Assembly (NCBI RefSeq): GCF_000143415.4
Contig: NW_003314261.1
Coordinates: 5,048,360 to 5,112,359 of the forward strand
Direction of reading: 5' to 3'
Length of the DNA stretch: 64,000 nucleotides
DNA from: Selaginella moellendorffii
Lineage: Eukaryota > Plantae > Lycopodiophyta
Of the stretch, positions 50,400 through 62,599 are shown piece by piece. How positions within the stretch are numbered: position 1 is the stretch's first letter; each line of letters begins with the position of its first letter. The notes below the pieces were generated by a model that was not told the origin of the DNA, searched no databases, and worked only from the letters and a program-made list of their open reading frames with translations. The position numbers were made by a program, and so were the translations under genes.

Positions 50400-51061
50400 C
50401 TAGAACCGCCTAAAGGTTTTGGTCTCGTCCTGGATTGGAATCCACACGATATCCTTCCTCTTCATGTGTGTAACCCACCCAGGGTCCCCGGAATCCTTGC
50501 CTTTCCAGTCGGTTCTCTCGCACCAGTCCCACGAATTGGTGGCCCTCGGCCCCGGAATCTCGATCACTTCCTCCGGATCCTCGAGCGGGGAGTTCACGAA
50601 CTGCGTGTAATCCATCACGTCCTCGTTGTAAGCATCCGTGACGAGCTTCTCCCCGCGGCCAAACTCCTTGTTGATCTCATCGGCGATGGCCCTCAGCACC
50701 GGCTTCTGATAGAGCGCCTCCTGCTTGTGGTTTCGCTGGAAGTCGTCCGCCGCCCTGGCGATCTTCATCGTGACGGCGAAGTGATTGCCCCTGTCCAGCA
50801 GCCATTCGGCATGGAGAAGCACGCGCTTGCCCTGCTCGATGAAATCCCTCTCGGCAGGCTGCGCGAAGTAGCAATGCCGCTTCTCCCGGTGCATCAGTGG
50901 ATCCACCTTGGTCTGTCGAAGCCGATCAATCCCACCGCGAAGAAATCCTAGATCTAAGAGCATACCAGGGTGCGCCGGCGCCTGCGCTTGTTGAAATCCT
51001 GATCGCCTCCTCCTGCCTGGGCGAATACGCTGCGCATTGGCACCGCCATAGCCATCGCCAT
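50400..51061 (-). CDS. Hypothetical protein, possibly organelle-targeted, 2 exons
   Basis: MAMAVPMRSVFAQ...RRRRRTL exon, GT donor ~50966, acceptor ~50913, then GC3-biased TKVDPLMHREKRHCYF...KTFRRF. Confidence 0.65.
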
Positions 51062-51112
51062 AATTTAGGGTTTCCCGGGGTTTAGGGTTCTTCACGTGTT
51101 TGGAGCCCTAGC
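51062..51112. promoter_or_regulatory. Telo-box-containing spacer between divergent genes
   Basis: TAGGGTTT and TTTAGGGTT within the 51-bp spacer between two divergent start codons. Confidence 0.55.
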
Positions 51113-54100
51113 ATGGCGAAGCCGCGCAAACAGAAGCAGGGAGGAGCGGCGGATGGCGCTGGGGAGAATGGCGGCGACGCCGGCGTCGTCGTGCGCCACC
51201 AGAAGCTGTGCGTCGCGATCGACATGGAGCACGAATCAATCGTCGGGTATTTTCTCAAAAACCTTGGAGATTTTCCTCATTGTAGCCTAGGGCAGGCACA
51301 CGGAGCTGGAAGTAGCGTCCAGGAACAGCGTGGGGGAGTTCCACTCCGGGGGACTGGAAATCTTGCAAGTGCTTGTGGATGGAGTCCCTGCGAAGTTTGA
51401 GAGGAAGCGAAGGACACCGAATTCATCTCAGCAGGCCAGCCCTCGCGTTCAATCGCTACAAACTGCTGCTGCCACTGCTTATTCCAGCTACAAGGCTGTC
51501 TTGGCGGCAGAAAGCTCACCCGATCTCTTCATCACCTTGTCCGCGGCGTCTCCTTCCCAGGCAGAAAATCTGTGTCAAGAGAACGGGTCGTCGCAAGACG
51601 TTCCAAAGCCATCCACAGCGCAGGTAAAGCTCTTTTTCAACTGTTAGTTCTATGCTTGAACTACTTGTTTGTATCTTGCTTGCTTACAGCCGGTGAAGCT
51701 CGTACAAATTCATTTCGCGCTAGTAAAATCGAAGAGCAAAATTTTCTTCTCCACGAATTTATTTCAGACGCATCGTGTGCAACATTGGTTTCCTTGCCTT
51801 GGCTCGATGTCGAGCAGATGCAGGTACACTTTGCGTTATTTCGTAGATGTTTTTTTTTCTTACATTTCTCTTTCGCTAGCAGCTACCATTTAGAATTCAC
51901 TGTACAGTCTGATTACGTTGCAGTAAGCGCTGGAAATCTTCTGTATCAGGTACCATCTTTATCTTGTCGAGGTGTTTGAATCGACTACTTTCTGTCACAG
52001 GTTCTGAGTAAGGAGGGAAACATGAAGACATATGTCTACAACTTGGATGTACCAACGCCTGCCTCATTTGTGACTCTGGTTTCTACACCCTTGGAAGTTA
52101 TTTCTGAGCGACAAAATGCAAACGTGTCACATATGTGTCCACCAGGCTATACCTCGAAGCTTCAAAGCTCTGTAAATTGCTATTACTCTCTATTCAGGTT
52201 AGTGGTATCATTTTTAATTTTTTTGTTTCATCACTTGTACCGCATTTGCAGTCTATACGAGGAGTACTTGGGTGCTGAATTTCCTTTTGGATCCTACAAG
52301 CAAGTTTTTATTGACTCCGAGCATTCGGTTGCCTCTCTATCAGTAGGAGCATCGATGGCGGTTTTTAGCTCGCATCTACTTGTAGACGAACGGGTTATTG
52401 ACCAGGTAAGAATGGTGCCTCTGTAGTTTAGTTACTAATGTCGCTCATCTCCTTGAAGGCAATCATAACTCAAATCAAACTCTCGCAAGCGTTAGCTCAA
52501 CAATGGTTTGGAGTCTTTATAACGCCAGAAACCGATCGCGATGGTAAATTTGCCATAAAAAATTATATGAAAATTTTGTTTTTGTGCAGTATGGCTTTTA
52601 GAAGGCATATCCGGCTTTCTTGTACATTTGTTCATAAGAAAATTTTTGGGAAATAACGAGGCACTATATCGGAAATTCAAGGTAGCTTCTTCTAATGGAA
52701 GGGATGCATTCTTATCTTTTTGCGTATGTATCACTAGGCTATCGAAGCTGTAACTGACGCAGATGTTGAAAGTTTTCCACCTCTTAGTCCATCTTCCGTT
52801 CCTGCTGGTGTTTTCCGGGCGGAGAAGCTGGGGCTTCTTGGGAAAATCCGGCTATGGAAAGCCGTATGACTATCATGACTTTTTTTGCTCTTTTGATTCT
52901 GTTGTTTTTACAGGTAACCGTAATTCAGATGCTTGAGAAACAGATGGGGCCAGAATCTCTTCGTAAGGTACTAAGCAAAAAAATTTCATGACCTAATATG
53001 CTGAGCTATATACACAGGTTCTGCAAAGGATTGTATCGAGGGCTGGAGAACGTAACATGAGAACACTCAGTACAAAAGAGGTGCTTGTTTTCCATTTTCC
53101 CAGCTTGCTTCCTTAGCAGTTATTTCCAAGGGCTTCAGTTCAGGCATTTTGCAAACAAAATTGGAAACCTCGAACGTCCATTCCTAAAAGAATTTTTTCC
53201 TCGATGGGTGGAATCACAAGGCTGCCCGTTGCTAAGGTCTGCTATTGTTTTCCTTTAGAAGTGTAAGTACTCACGCGCGGTGCAGGATGGGATTTGAGTA
53301 CAACAAGAGAAGAAATATTGTGGAGTTCGCAGTTCATCGGGACTGCACAGCTCCAGAAGTCATGATGCTGGGGAACAAGTCCATCGCTGACGTTGGATGG
53401 CCTGGAATGATGAACATTCAAATACACGAACTCGACGGCATGTATGATCATCCGAATCTATCTCTGTCAGGAGACGTGCATCAGCTTTTGGAAATTCCAT
53501 GCCATTCCAAAATGGCGAATCGTCGTCCCCAGCGGCCGAAAAAGCCCGGGAAGGTGGAAATTATTGATGATTTGGCAGACGATAAACCAAGGTATGAGGC
53601 TTTTTTGGAAATGTCTCGTCTTTAATTCTATTTTTTCAGTGTGGAGTCTCCGCTGTTATGGCTGCGTGCTGATCCTGGTATGGACTACCTAACGAAGATA
53701 CAGCTTTGGCAACCTGAGCAAATGTGGGTAAGTTGTAAACCTCAGCATTCTCTATAGCTTCTTTTATTTTTGCATTCCGACAGATTAATCAACTAGAGAG
53801 AGACAAGGATGCTGTGGCACAGTTGCAAGCAATTGCAGCTCTACAAAAGCTACCTGTGTCGTTTTCGATAGTAAACGCGCTGAATGGCTGCCTTATTGAT
53901 CCCAAGGCAAGCTGTTAACTGCTTTCATGTCTAGAAGCCTATAAGCGGAGGCGCTATGCAGGTATTTTGCCGTGTCCGGGTCGAGGCTGCTTTCGCACTA
54001 GCTAACACGGCCGGAGAGGTTTGTTCAGTTCTTTTCTTTCGGCCGCTATACTTTTTCTTTGTCCAGGGGACATCTTGGTTGGGACTTGGACACCTCATGA

Positions 54101-56238
54101 AGTATTACAAAAGCCGATGCTTTGATATGGAAATTGGACTCCCGAGGTTTGTACTTGAGTTTTCTGTTCGTGCTCTAACATGGAACTATATCAGACCCAA
54201 TAGCTTCCATGATTTTTCCGAATACTTCGTCCTTCAGGTACCATCTCATGCTAATATGCTTTGAGCCTTACTCGTCTTTCGTATAGGCAATCCCTCCGGC
54301 AGTTGGAACCGTTCGTGGTAATCAAGGGAAGAGTCCACCAGAAGCCGTTGAATTCATTCTTAATATTCTCAAGGTTGCTACCTGGATGTCACTAGAATTT
54401 TAACATTATGGAGTTGTTATCTATTCCAGCACAACGACAACAGTGGAAATGCTTATTTGGATTCTTTCTGGCTTTCGTCTGTTATTGAATCAGTAGGCGA
54501 ACTAGAAATCAGTCAACAGGTAAGCTTAGCTTCTTTTTTATTTTCTATCTTGTTTTAGCTTGACTTGCTTGTTACAGAGCATTCCAAAATTCGCAAGAAT
54601 TTTGAAGCAGATTGATCGGTATTTTCAGTATGATAGGTATGATTGAATGCTCGTCGTCCTGGTTTTCTTACCCACGTACACAGACTAATGCCGAGCTACA
54701 ATTGTATATTAACTCGAAGTTGCATTCAGACTTTAACTCGCCTTGCTTTGAAGTTCAACACGGTCATTTCCCTGGTATGTTTTTGTTGTTGTCCATTCTT
54801 GGATGACGACTCCGCACAATATTTTGTAGGCACCTATTGAAACGCTGTTGTCTCCTTTCAAAGTGCTAACAACACCCTGGCAAGTAAGGGTTGCAGCTTT
54901 GCAAGCACAGTTGGACATGAAGTTCCAGTCGGAAAGTCTAAATTCGTCGCTCCGAGTCGCCCTTGATTTTGTCAGAGAAGATCCATGTGCAAGAGGTCAG
55001 CTTCCATCTTCATGTAAATTGTCGTGCTAATGCTGTCTACTTTCAGTTCAATGCAAGGTGATGTCTTACGCTTTACGTATCTGTCTACGGAAGCATGCGT
55101 CAACGTCGTCTGTGGATTCTTCGACTGTCTCGTCTCTCCTGGAGTTTTTTGAAAGTGAACAATGTGCCGTGAATCACAAGTTGAGGCATTATATTTTCTC
55201 TATCTTGCAAGTTCTCGCGGGAAAGTAAGCATTTCTCACCCGTTGAATTGTGCTACACTGCTGACGTCTATTGCAGGCCTGCAACGTTGCTACGAGTGAG
55301 TAGGCTCCCACCAAAAGGACCCGTATTATTATCACCCACGGGAAAGAAAGATGATGTTGATGTTTCAAAGCTTAAGGTGCGTGTGATCCAGGCCGCGAAG
55401 AAGGAACCAGAACAACAGAAAGCTGGAAAATTGACTTTGCGGCTAAAATCCAGTACCTTCCAAAATGCGGACGCTCTACTCAAATTGCCTTCTCCGACTA
55501 CTGCTCCTGAAAGTGTGAAGAGCGCCAAGTCAAGTACGATAGATCAACCGCAGGCAGCGAAGCCTTCGAGCTCGAGCAGCCAGGCGGCCGAAGCTTCGGT
55601 GCTTGTCGGTCCAGAAAAGATGGACATTGACGACAGTCCTGGCAGCTCGCAGTTCAAGGATCTCATCGAAGTCATCGACGTAAATCCTGTTCCGGAAGCA
55701 CCAGTTGCGAGAAACGAAGCTGTAGACGAACAAGCAGCTGAGGCTTCTCAAAAGGAGGAGAGAAAGGAGAAGAAAGACAAGGACAGGAAAGACAAGAAGG
55801 AGAAGAAGAAGGAGAAGAAAGAGAAGAAGGACAAGAAAGATCGAAAGGAGAAGAAAGAAAAGAAGCACAAGGATAAGAAACACAAGAAGGACAAGGACAG
55901 GCACAAGCGCGAGGGAACAGAGCAGCAGCCTAAGAACGAGAATCAATCGCCCGGCTCTGACGTTGCGGTTGTTCCTGCCAGCCAAGTGAACGAAAGCGAG
56001 ACCGCCGTTCGCCAACCCAGCATTCTCCTCAAAGTGAAGCAGGAAATAAGCGACGCAAACATGTCAGCTCCGCCGGTGCAAGCTTCATCAGCAACGAGTA
56101 CACCACCACCACAACCACAAGTTCCTGCTATCAAGGTATGATCGAAGCTTTGCGTGTGATCTTCTCATGGTTTTCTTTCTTCAGAGGCCCGGAGAAGGTG
56201 GTTTCAAGCTGAAAATTAAAAGACCCAAAGTCGAGTGA
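51113..56238 (+). CDS. TAF2: Transcription initiation factor TFIID subunit 2
   Basis: [21 protein letters not shown], aminopeptidase-like [54 protein letters not shown]; K/E/D-rich C-terminus; >20 introns. Confidence 0.95.
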
Positions 56239-56273
56239 GAGCCGGGTAAGAAAAAAAACTCTCTCTCAAAGGA

Positions 56274-57671
56274 ATGTTTCTGATTAGGGCGGTTTGCGCA
56301 GGCAAGAAGCTCCGGCGATCGATCTCTTCAAGCGCGGGCCCGTCGGTGGAGCATCTCCGTGCCGTGCCCTTCACTCGCTCCCGAGAAGATGCAAGGTCAG
56401 ACTACGACGCCTACCACAGCTCCGTCATCTCCTACGTCCCGTCGCTGTCCCCGAGCGTCAAGGAGAGGTTTCTACCATTCTGGGCAGTGTGCTCCGTCGC
56501 CAAGGTGGCCATTGACAGCGCTCAAATCGGCTACCTCAAGCACAGGTACAACTTCGCCACGAAGAGGATGGAGACTTACACATCGTGGCAGCTCGTCTAC
56601 TTCTCGAAGAATGAGAGACCCTCCTGGGAACGCAGGCATGATCCGAACGAGGACCTCGACATGCAGATATACGCTTCCTACGAGTACCGCAGGGCCTATG
56701 TCAACGGGCTGAGATGCGTCGGCTGTTTCAGCGGTGCAACCAGGCTGACTCCCGAGATGGTGGAGGGTCCAGACGGAGTGAGAGGACTGGAGGAGTTCCG
56801 AATGAACGCACAGGCAGCTCTGGACTTGGCCAAGACGGCTGTGTACCGTCAAGCTCAGGCCAACGCTCGCGACTTCCTGCTCAGGATCTTCCCGGGGTCT
56901 TGGGACGCGAGAGGGATCAACCTCGACTTCCTGATGGACAGCGTGCTGGTGGCACCCATCTACGTGCCTGTCTACATCTTCGAGAGCTCCTACTTCACCG
57001 AGATGGTGCGGACGTTCGTCCACGGCGCGAGAAGCTCCGCCGTCGGTGGCCAGAGGCTCTACCACGCACCGCTGGCGGCAATCGGTGGCGGCATGGCCTG
57101 CGCGGCGATGGCGTACCACATGTCCGGCTCCGTGCCGCTGGGAGCGTGCGTGGTGGCGGCGACCATCGCCAGTACCGTGGCGTTGCTCTTCCCGGTTCTG
57201 GTGCTCCGGTTTCGAGAGTGGTGGCGAGTAAGAGAGAGCGCGCAGCACGTCTGGAGGGACTGGGGCCAGGAGTACGTGAACGCTTACGAGATGTGGGAGG
57301 AGCTCGCGCGGAAGCAGCAGACAAGGCGGGAGGAGGCGAGGCAGCGCAGGTTTTACGAAGAGCAGACTAGATACCGGCGATCGGATTACTCTCGCCAGAG
57401 GCAGGAGGAGCCATCTTCTGGCTATGGTGGTGGCGGCAGCAATCCGGATCCAAAGGGCTACTACGCGAGGCTGGGTCTCCAGCCCGGCGCGTCCGAGAGC
57501 GAGATCAAGGCGGCGTTCCGGGCGCTGGCGCTCAAGCACCACCCCGACAGGCACCAGGATCCCGGGAACAAGGCTAAAGCCAAGGCCAACTTTGTGAGGA
57601 TCACCGAGGCGTACGAGGTGTTAAGGGATCCAAACAAGCGGAGGGAGTACCAGCAGCAACGCGGCTACTAA
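56274..57671 (+). CDS. Intronless membrane protein with C-terminal DnaJ domain
   Basis: DPKGYYARLGL...IKAAFRALALKHHPDRH...YEVLRDPNKRREY (HPD motif); two hydrophobic helices before it; presequence-like N-terminus. Confidence 0.88.
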   Translation: MFLIRAVCAGKKLRRSISSSAGPSVEHLRAVPFTRSREDARSDYDAYHSSVISYVPSLSPSVKERFLPFWAVCSVAKVAIDSAQIGYLKHRYNFATKRMETYTSWQLVYFSKNERPSWERRHDPNEDLDMQIYASYEYRRAYVNGLRCVGCFSGATRLTPEMVEGPDGVRGLEEFRMNAQAALDLAKTAVYRQAQANARDFLLRIFPGSWDARGINLDFLMDSVLVAPIYVPVYIFESSYFTEMVRTFVHGARSSAVGGQRLYHAPLAAIGGGMACAAMAYHMSGSVPLGACVVAATIASTVALLFPVLVLRFREWWRVRESAQHVWRDWGQEYVNAYEMWEELARKQQTRREEARQRRFYEEQTRYRRSDYSRQRQEEPSSGYGGGGSNPDPKGYYARLGLQPGASESEIKAAFRALALKHHPDRHQDPGNKAKAKANFVRITEAYEVLRDPNKRREYQQQRGY

Positions 57672-58080
57672 GTAGGAGTGTATCAAAGTGGATCTTCTCT
57701 TCCCCCATTTTTTGTTCTACCCTGTTGACCATCCCATTGACTAATGTTAAGATAAGTCAACTATCTCTTCTCAAAATAAAGTCAACGTTGTTGACTACAA
57801 AGTCGGAAGATCAAGTCAACGTTGGTACTATTCTTTTTCAAAAAGTCAACATAGTCTCACTACGCTGACTATAAAGCCTAGAACAAAATAGTCAAAGCTG
57901 TATTGCTCTTTAAAGACTCAATCCATTCATACATAGATAGTTGGCGGTGAACTGAGAATGTAATAGTTTGGCAGCACGCAAAGGTCTTCCTTTTCCTCCC
58001 CGAGAACAATCGGTTTATTCTCACAGCAGCAGCCTTTGCTCGTTTGGAGGAAGAGTGTCGTGCAGGCTCGTCTGTGCTCG

Positions 58081-59454
58081 TCACTGTGCGAGGAAGCGCT
58101 TGACATCTTCCGGCTTGCAATACCAATCGGGCACCAGGCGTGTGGCATGGGGCCGCAAATAGTTGAAGGAATTCTTGATCGTAGCCTCGGCCACGCCAGC
58201 CACTCGCGATATCTCTGTAGTCGGAAAGAAACAATGTGACGACCACCAAGACAAAGCGAGAAACGTTACCTTTTAGAGGCTTCTTGTCCTCCGATACCTG
58301 AGATATCATGTAAATCGCAGCGGCAGCGATCGAAATCGGACTCTTCCTGCAAGAATGACTGAATCCAAAACTTTGATCCAAAATGCCATCTACCTTATGT
58401 CGAGCTCCTCCACCTTCTTCACTGTATCGGTTGCTGCTCGCACGGCTTGGTTGGTCATTCCCAAGTGCGAGCAAAAACGCCTCTGCAACAAGGAGTGTAA
58501 ACGTCATCATCAGCATAACAAGCTTTTGATGCTTACCAAAAAGTCGCCAGCGTGAATGGAACCCATGGACATCGATTTTCCCATCTCTTCCTCCAGACGC
58601 TTGACAATAAAATTTGTGGCCCGTCCAATCTCCTTTTTCGTGGCACCATTGGCAACAGAGTGAATTTCTGCGGAAACAAAAGCCCCGTCAATGACAAAGA
58701 ACAAGAGGAAAAAAAAGAGCACACCATACCTTTGAACGTTCGCGGTTTATCCTCTTGTCTACAAGCAATGTATAAGCAAGCAGCCAAGATAGCATCCTGA
58801 CTCCGTCCCCTTATGGATTTCATATCCTCCACTTTTTTGTAAATCTCATCAGCACGATCCTTCATAACAAGGACGTTCTGTGCGTGAGCCCGGAAAGAAA
58901 CGGCTAGTCTCCAAAGACTAGGACAAAGACCAAAAAACTCGCAGCAACACAACAACAACACGACTCGGATACTTTCTCAAACAGCCAGGCAAACGCAAAA
59001 GACCTCAAACAAAATCACACCTTAATTGTGGATACCAATCCCAAGCTGCAAAACAAAACACAAAACTTCCAGTCAAGAGATTGTCCGAGCTAAAAAAGCA
59101 AGTTTTACCGATCAGCCATGGTGCCTATCGTCTTGAAAGCGAGGAGGAGCGCCCGGTCGGGGTTGGTTCCATGGTTTTGCCACTTGCCGAGGGCCGCATA
59201 GTCGCCCTGCGAGCCATTCCCCCTGGAGATGGTGGTAGAAAGGCCCCCATCCGTGAGAAGGGGATTCGAAGGGCCACCGACACGAACGGGGTCATTGGAG
59301 CCGGAATCGTCCGAAAAGGTCTCCATTCGGAGCTCTCGTCGATGAAATGCGCCTCTAGCACCAGGCCGCACTCCATGCACACCGTATCCCCCGCGGCATG
59401 ATCCACGACGATGTCCACCTCGCGCCGGCAATCCGGGCACACCGTCTTCTGCAT
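58081..59454 (-). CDS. TFIIB: Transcription initiation factor IIB (apparent 1-nt frameshift at ~59320)
   Basis: [15 protein letters not shown] zinc ribbon, [58 protein letters not shown]. Confidence 0.9.
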
Positions 59455-59968
59455 CCTCGCTCGCGCGCGCGCCCGCCTGGCGCTGGCGCTGGCGCTGGTA
59501 GCGCTGCTGCTAGCGGCTGGCTCACCTCGAGAATCAGGGAGAGATCTCACGCCGCGCGCCTTCGATAGAGGCGCTCTCTCGCCCTCCTCGTCGTCGCGGA
59601 GGATTAGGGCACAAGCTTCTGGAAAATAAGGGCAAGAGGAATTTATAAGCACAGGGGGCCGTGGATGAGGATCGACGGTATCCGTGCTAATCCCTGGATT
59701 GATACTAATGAAATTAACTAGTCATAATTAAACATTATTAAGATCGTCTTTCTCCTCAGTGGTGGTGGTGGTGGTGGTGGTGGTGGTCACTGTGATGGCG
59801 ATGATCACCGTGATGGTGTTCTTTGCTCCACCCCTTGGCACAGCAAGCGCAAACGCACGCCACGGCCACACAAACGAGAAGATCCATGAACCAGCCCATC
59901 GCTTTGCAAGAACTTCTTTCCTTTGAAGAGACAAAGAAAAACCCTCCGCTATAAATACTCGGAAAGGA

Positions 59969-60811
59969 TTAACCGGACCTTAGAGAGCTCGAGGACGAAG
60001 ATGACGACTTGAGAACAACGAGATAAATGGGAGAGGTACCTGGAGGGAGCTCCAAGTGGAGCGGATAGAGCTTGCTACTGTTGGCCGGGTGCCGGATACA
60101 AACCGCGAAGCTCTTGTCGTCGACCACGTCGATCTCCTTGCGGAGCTTCTTTGCGAGCTTGTCCGGGCTCCGGCCCCGGAAGAACACGTAGTGCCAGTGC
60201 GACGCGTCGCTCACCTCCGACTCCGCCTCGGCCACCATGTAGAAGACGATGCGTCCGTCGTAGAGCGGCGGCATTTTCGGCAGCGAAGAAACCTGTCCAA
60301 GAGCAAGGATCAAAGCGAGAAGAGCTTTTTCGTTTTTCTCTACCTGGAGTTTCGATGGAGGCGAGTCCACAACCTCGACTTTCCACAAGCTCCACTCCGG
60401 ACAGAAGCTATCGTGTGTCACAGAGCTCCTCCACGGCGGCAAGCAGCTGTTGGCCTGAAGAAAGTTTCCACTGTGCTCCACTCTCAGCTTCACAGTAATC
60501 TCGTCCACCACAACAAGCTCCCACTCGACCGCGCAGTCCAGCTTCGACGGCCTCGTTTGCAGCACTTTCTTCCCTGTAGCTCCCCCCAGGCAAGGAATGT
60601 CCGACGCAGTGAGGTAGCAATCGTAGCAGCTCTTGAGCCTCAGGCGCTGGCTGTGCCCGACTTGCTCGACTCTCCACAGCGAAGCCATCGTACTCGTCCC
60701 ATCTCTGTCTTGAGAGACCGTCACAAAGTCGTCCTCGGCCCACAAGTACTTGCCATGGAATCCTTGAAGCCGCACATACTTCCTCGCACTGCCCTCCTCG
60801 GCCATGCTCAT
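59969..60811 (-). CDS. DUF569 / actin-crosslinking (fascin-like beta-trefoil) protein
   Basis: VRLQGFHGKYLWAEDD..VSQDRDG, LRLKSCYDCYLTAS, LPPWRSSVTHD, GRIVFY, KLYPLHLELPP. Confidence 0.85.
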   Translation of the reverse strand: MSMAEEGSARKYVRLQGFHGKYLWAEDDFVTVSQDRDGTSTMASLWRVEQVGHSQRLRLKSCYDCYLTASDIPCLGGATGKKVLQTRPSKLDCAVEWELVVVDEITVKLRVEHSGNFLQANSCLPPWRSSVTHDSFCPEWSLWKVEVVDSPPSKLQVEKNEKALLALILALGQVSSLPKMPPLYDGRIVFYMVAEAESEVSDASHWHYVFFRGRSPDKLAKKLRKEIDVVDDKSFAVCIRHPANSSKLYPLHLELPPGTSPIYLVVLKSSSSSSSSLRSG

Positions 60812-61039
60812 TGATCGAGCTCTCGAGCTTTACAAACTTCTTCGCTGCTTTCCCTGGAACTTCACTGTGTAACTCTCTCGCTATCTTTCTAGTTGCCGAC
60901 TGCCTAGAACTGTCACTCTTCCTAACCGTATGACACTCTTAGCCTAACCAAGGCCCTGCAACCACTCGCGACTGACCACGTAGCGAGCTTAACTGACTAC
61001 CACCTAACTATCCATCCAGACCTGGTAGCTAGTAGTTAG

Positions 61040-61803
<764 letters not shown>

Positions 61804-61994
61804 TTAGGGCTAGCCCAGGAGTAAAATATAGTTTGACTAATCACACTAAAATTTGCCAGCAATATTTTTTTCTCAAATGATTCATCCAAAACCTATCATC
61901 CTTGATCAAATCGCACATTTTTCTTGGACGCATCACGAGATTTTAGGGCTTTTGCAGCCCTCTTTTTAAAGTAAAATAGGGTTTGTGGGCAAAA

Positions 61995-62543
61995 ATGTAT
62001 GGCGCGTTTGTTTGCTCTGTTTTGTGGGATTGATCCTGTAATGGCATGGAATTGGAATGCAGGAGAGCTTCGCTCCATCGTCCCGGCGAAGATCTGCACA
62101 AGCGCGACGAGCCGTCGCTGCAGGAAGCGATCAATCTTAAGGTAGAAGGAATTGTCCTCCTTTTCTCTTTTAATAAGAACAGCGAAAGTAGCTCGTCGAG
62201 AGCGGGGAAAAGGAGAAGCTCAAGGATCTTTTGCGAGAGAGATTGATCGAGTGTGGATGGAAAGACGAATTAAAAGCACAGTGCCGGTAGATTTCCCAGT
62301 CCCTTTTCCTCTTGCCCATTCTCTTTCCCTCTTACAGAGCATTCACTCGGAAGAGAGGAAGATCAAACGTAACAATTGACGAGCTTGTCCGGGCTATCAC
62401 TCCTAAAGGACGAGGTAACACGTCCGAGTTCTTTGGTTTTGTAAATCATACTCTCCGTTTTTGTTTCAGCTTTGGTTCCAGATGATGTCAAGGCAGAGCT
62501 TTTGCAAAGAATCCGAACGTTTCTTCTGTCTGTCCAGTTCTGA
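61995..62543 (+). CDS. ENY2: Transcription and mRNA export factor ENY2/Sus1
   Basis: [74 protein letters not shown]; start is either a split AT|G at 61995 or ATG 62046. Confidence 0.9.
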
Positions 62544-62599
62544 TAGTAAGTTTAAGATGCTTCTGTTAAGTTGATCCTGGCAATTAGTTGAATAATGCT

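Noticed and set aside
55750-55915. KEKK/KDKK purine-rich repeat
   Set aside because: Ordinary charged low-complexity tail of plant TAF2.
56472-57554. 360-aa antisense ORF in the J-protein gene
   Set aside because: Mirror frame of a codon-biased CDS; no motifs.
59728-59934. 68-aa ORF with poly-Thr from a (GGT)n tract
   Set aside because: Microsatellite-driven ORF in a short spacer, non-ATG start, no coding signal.
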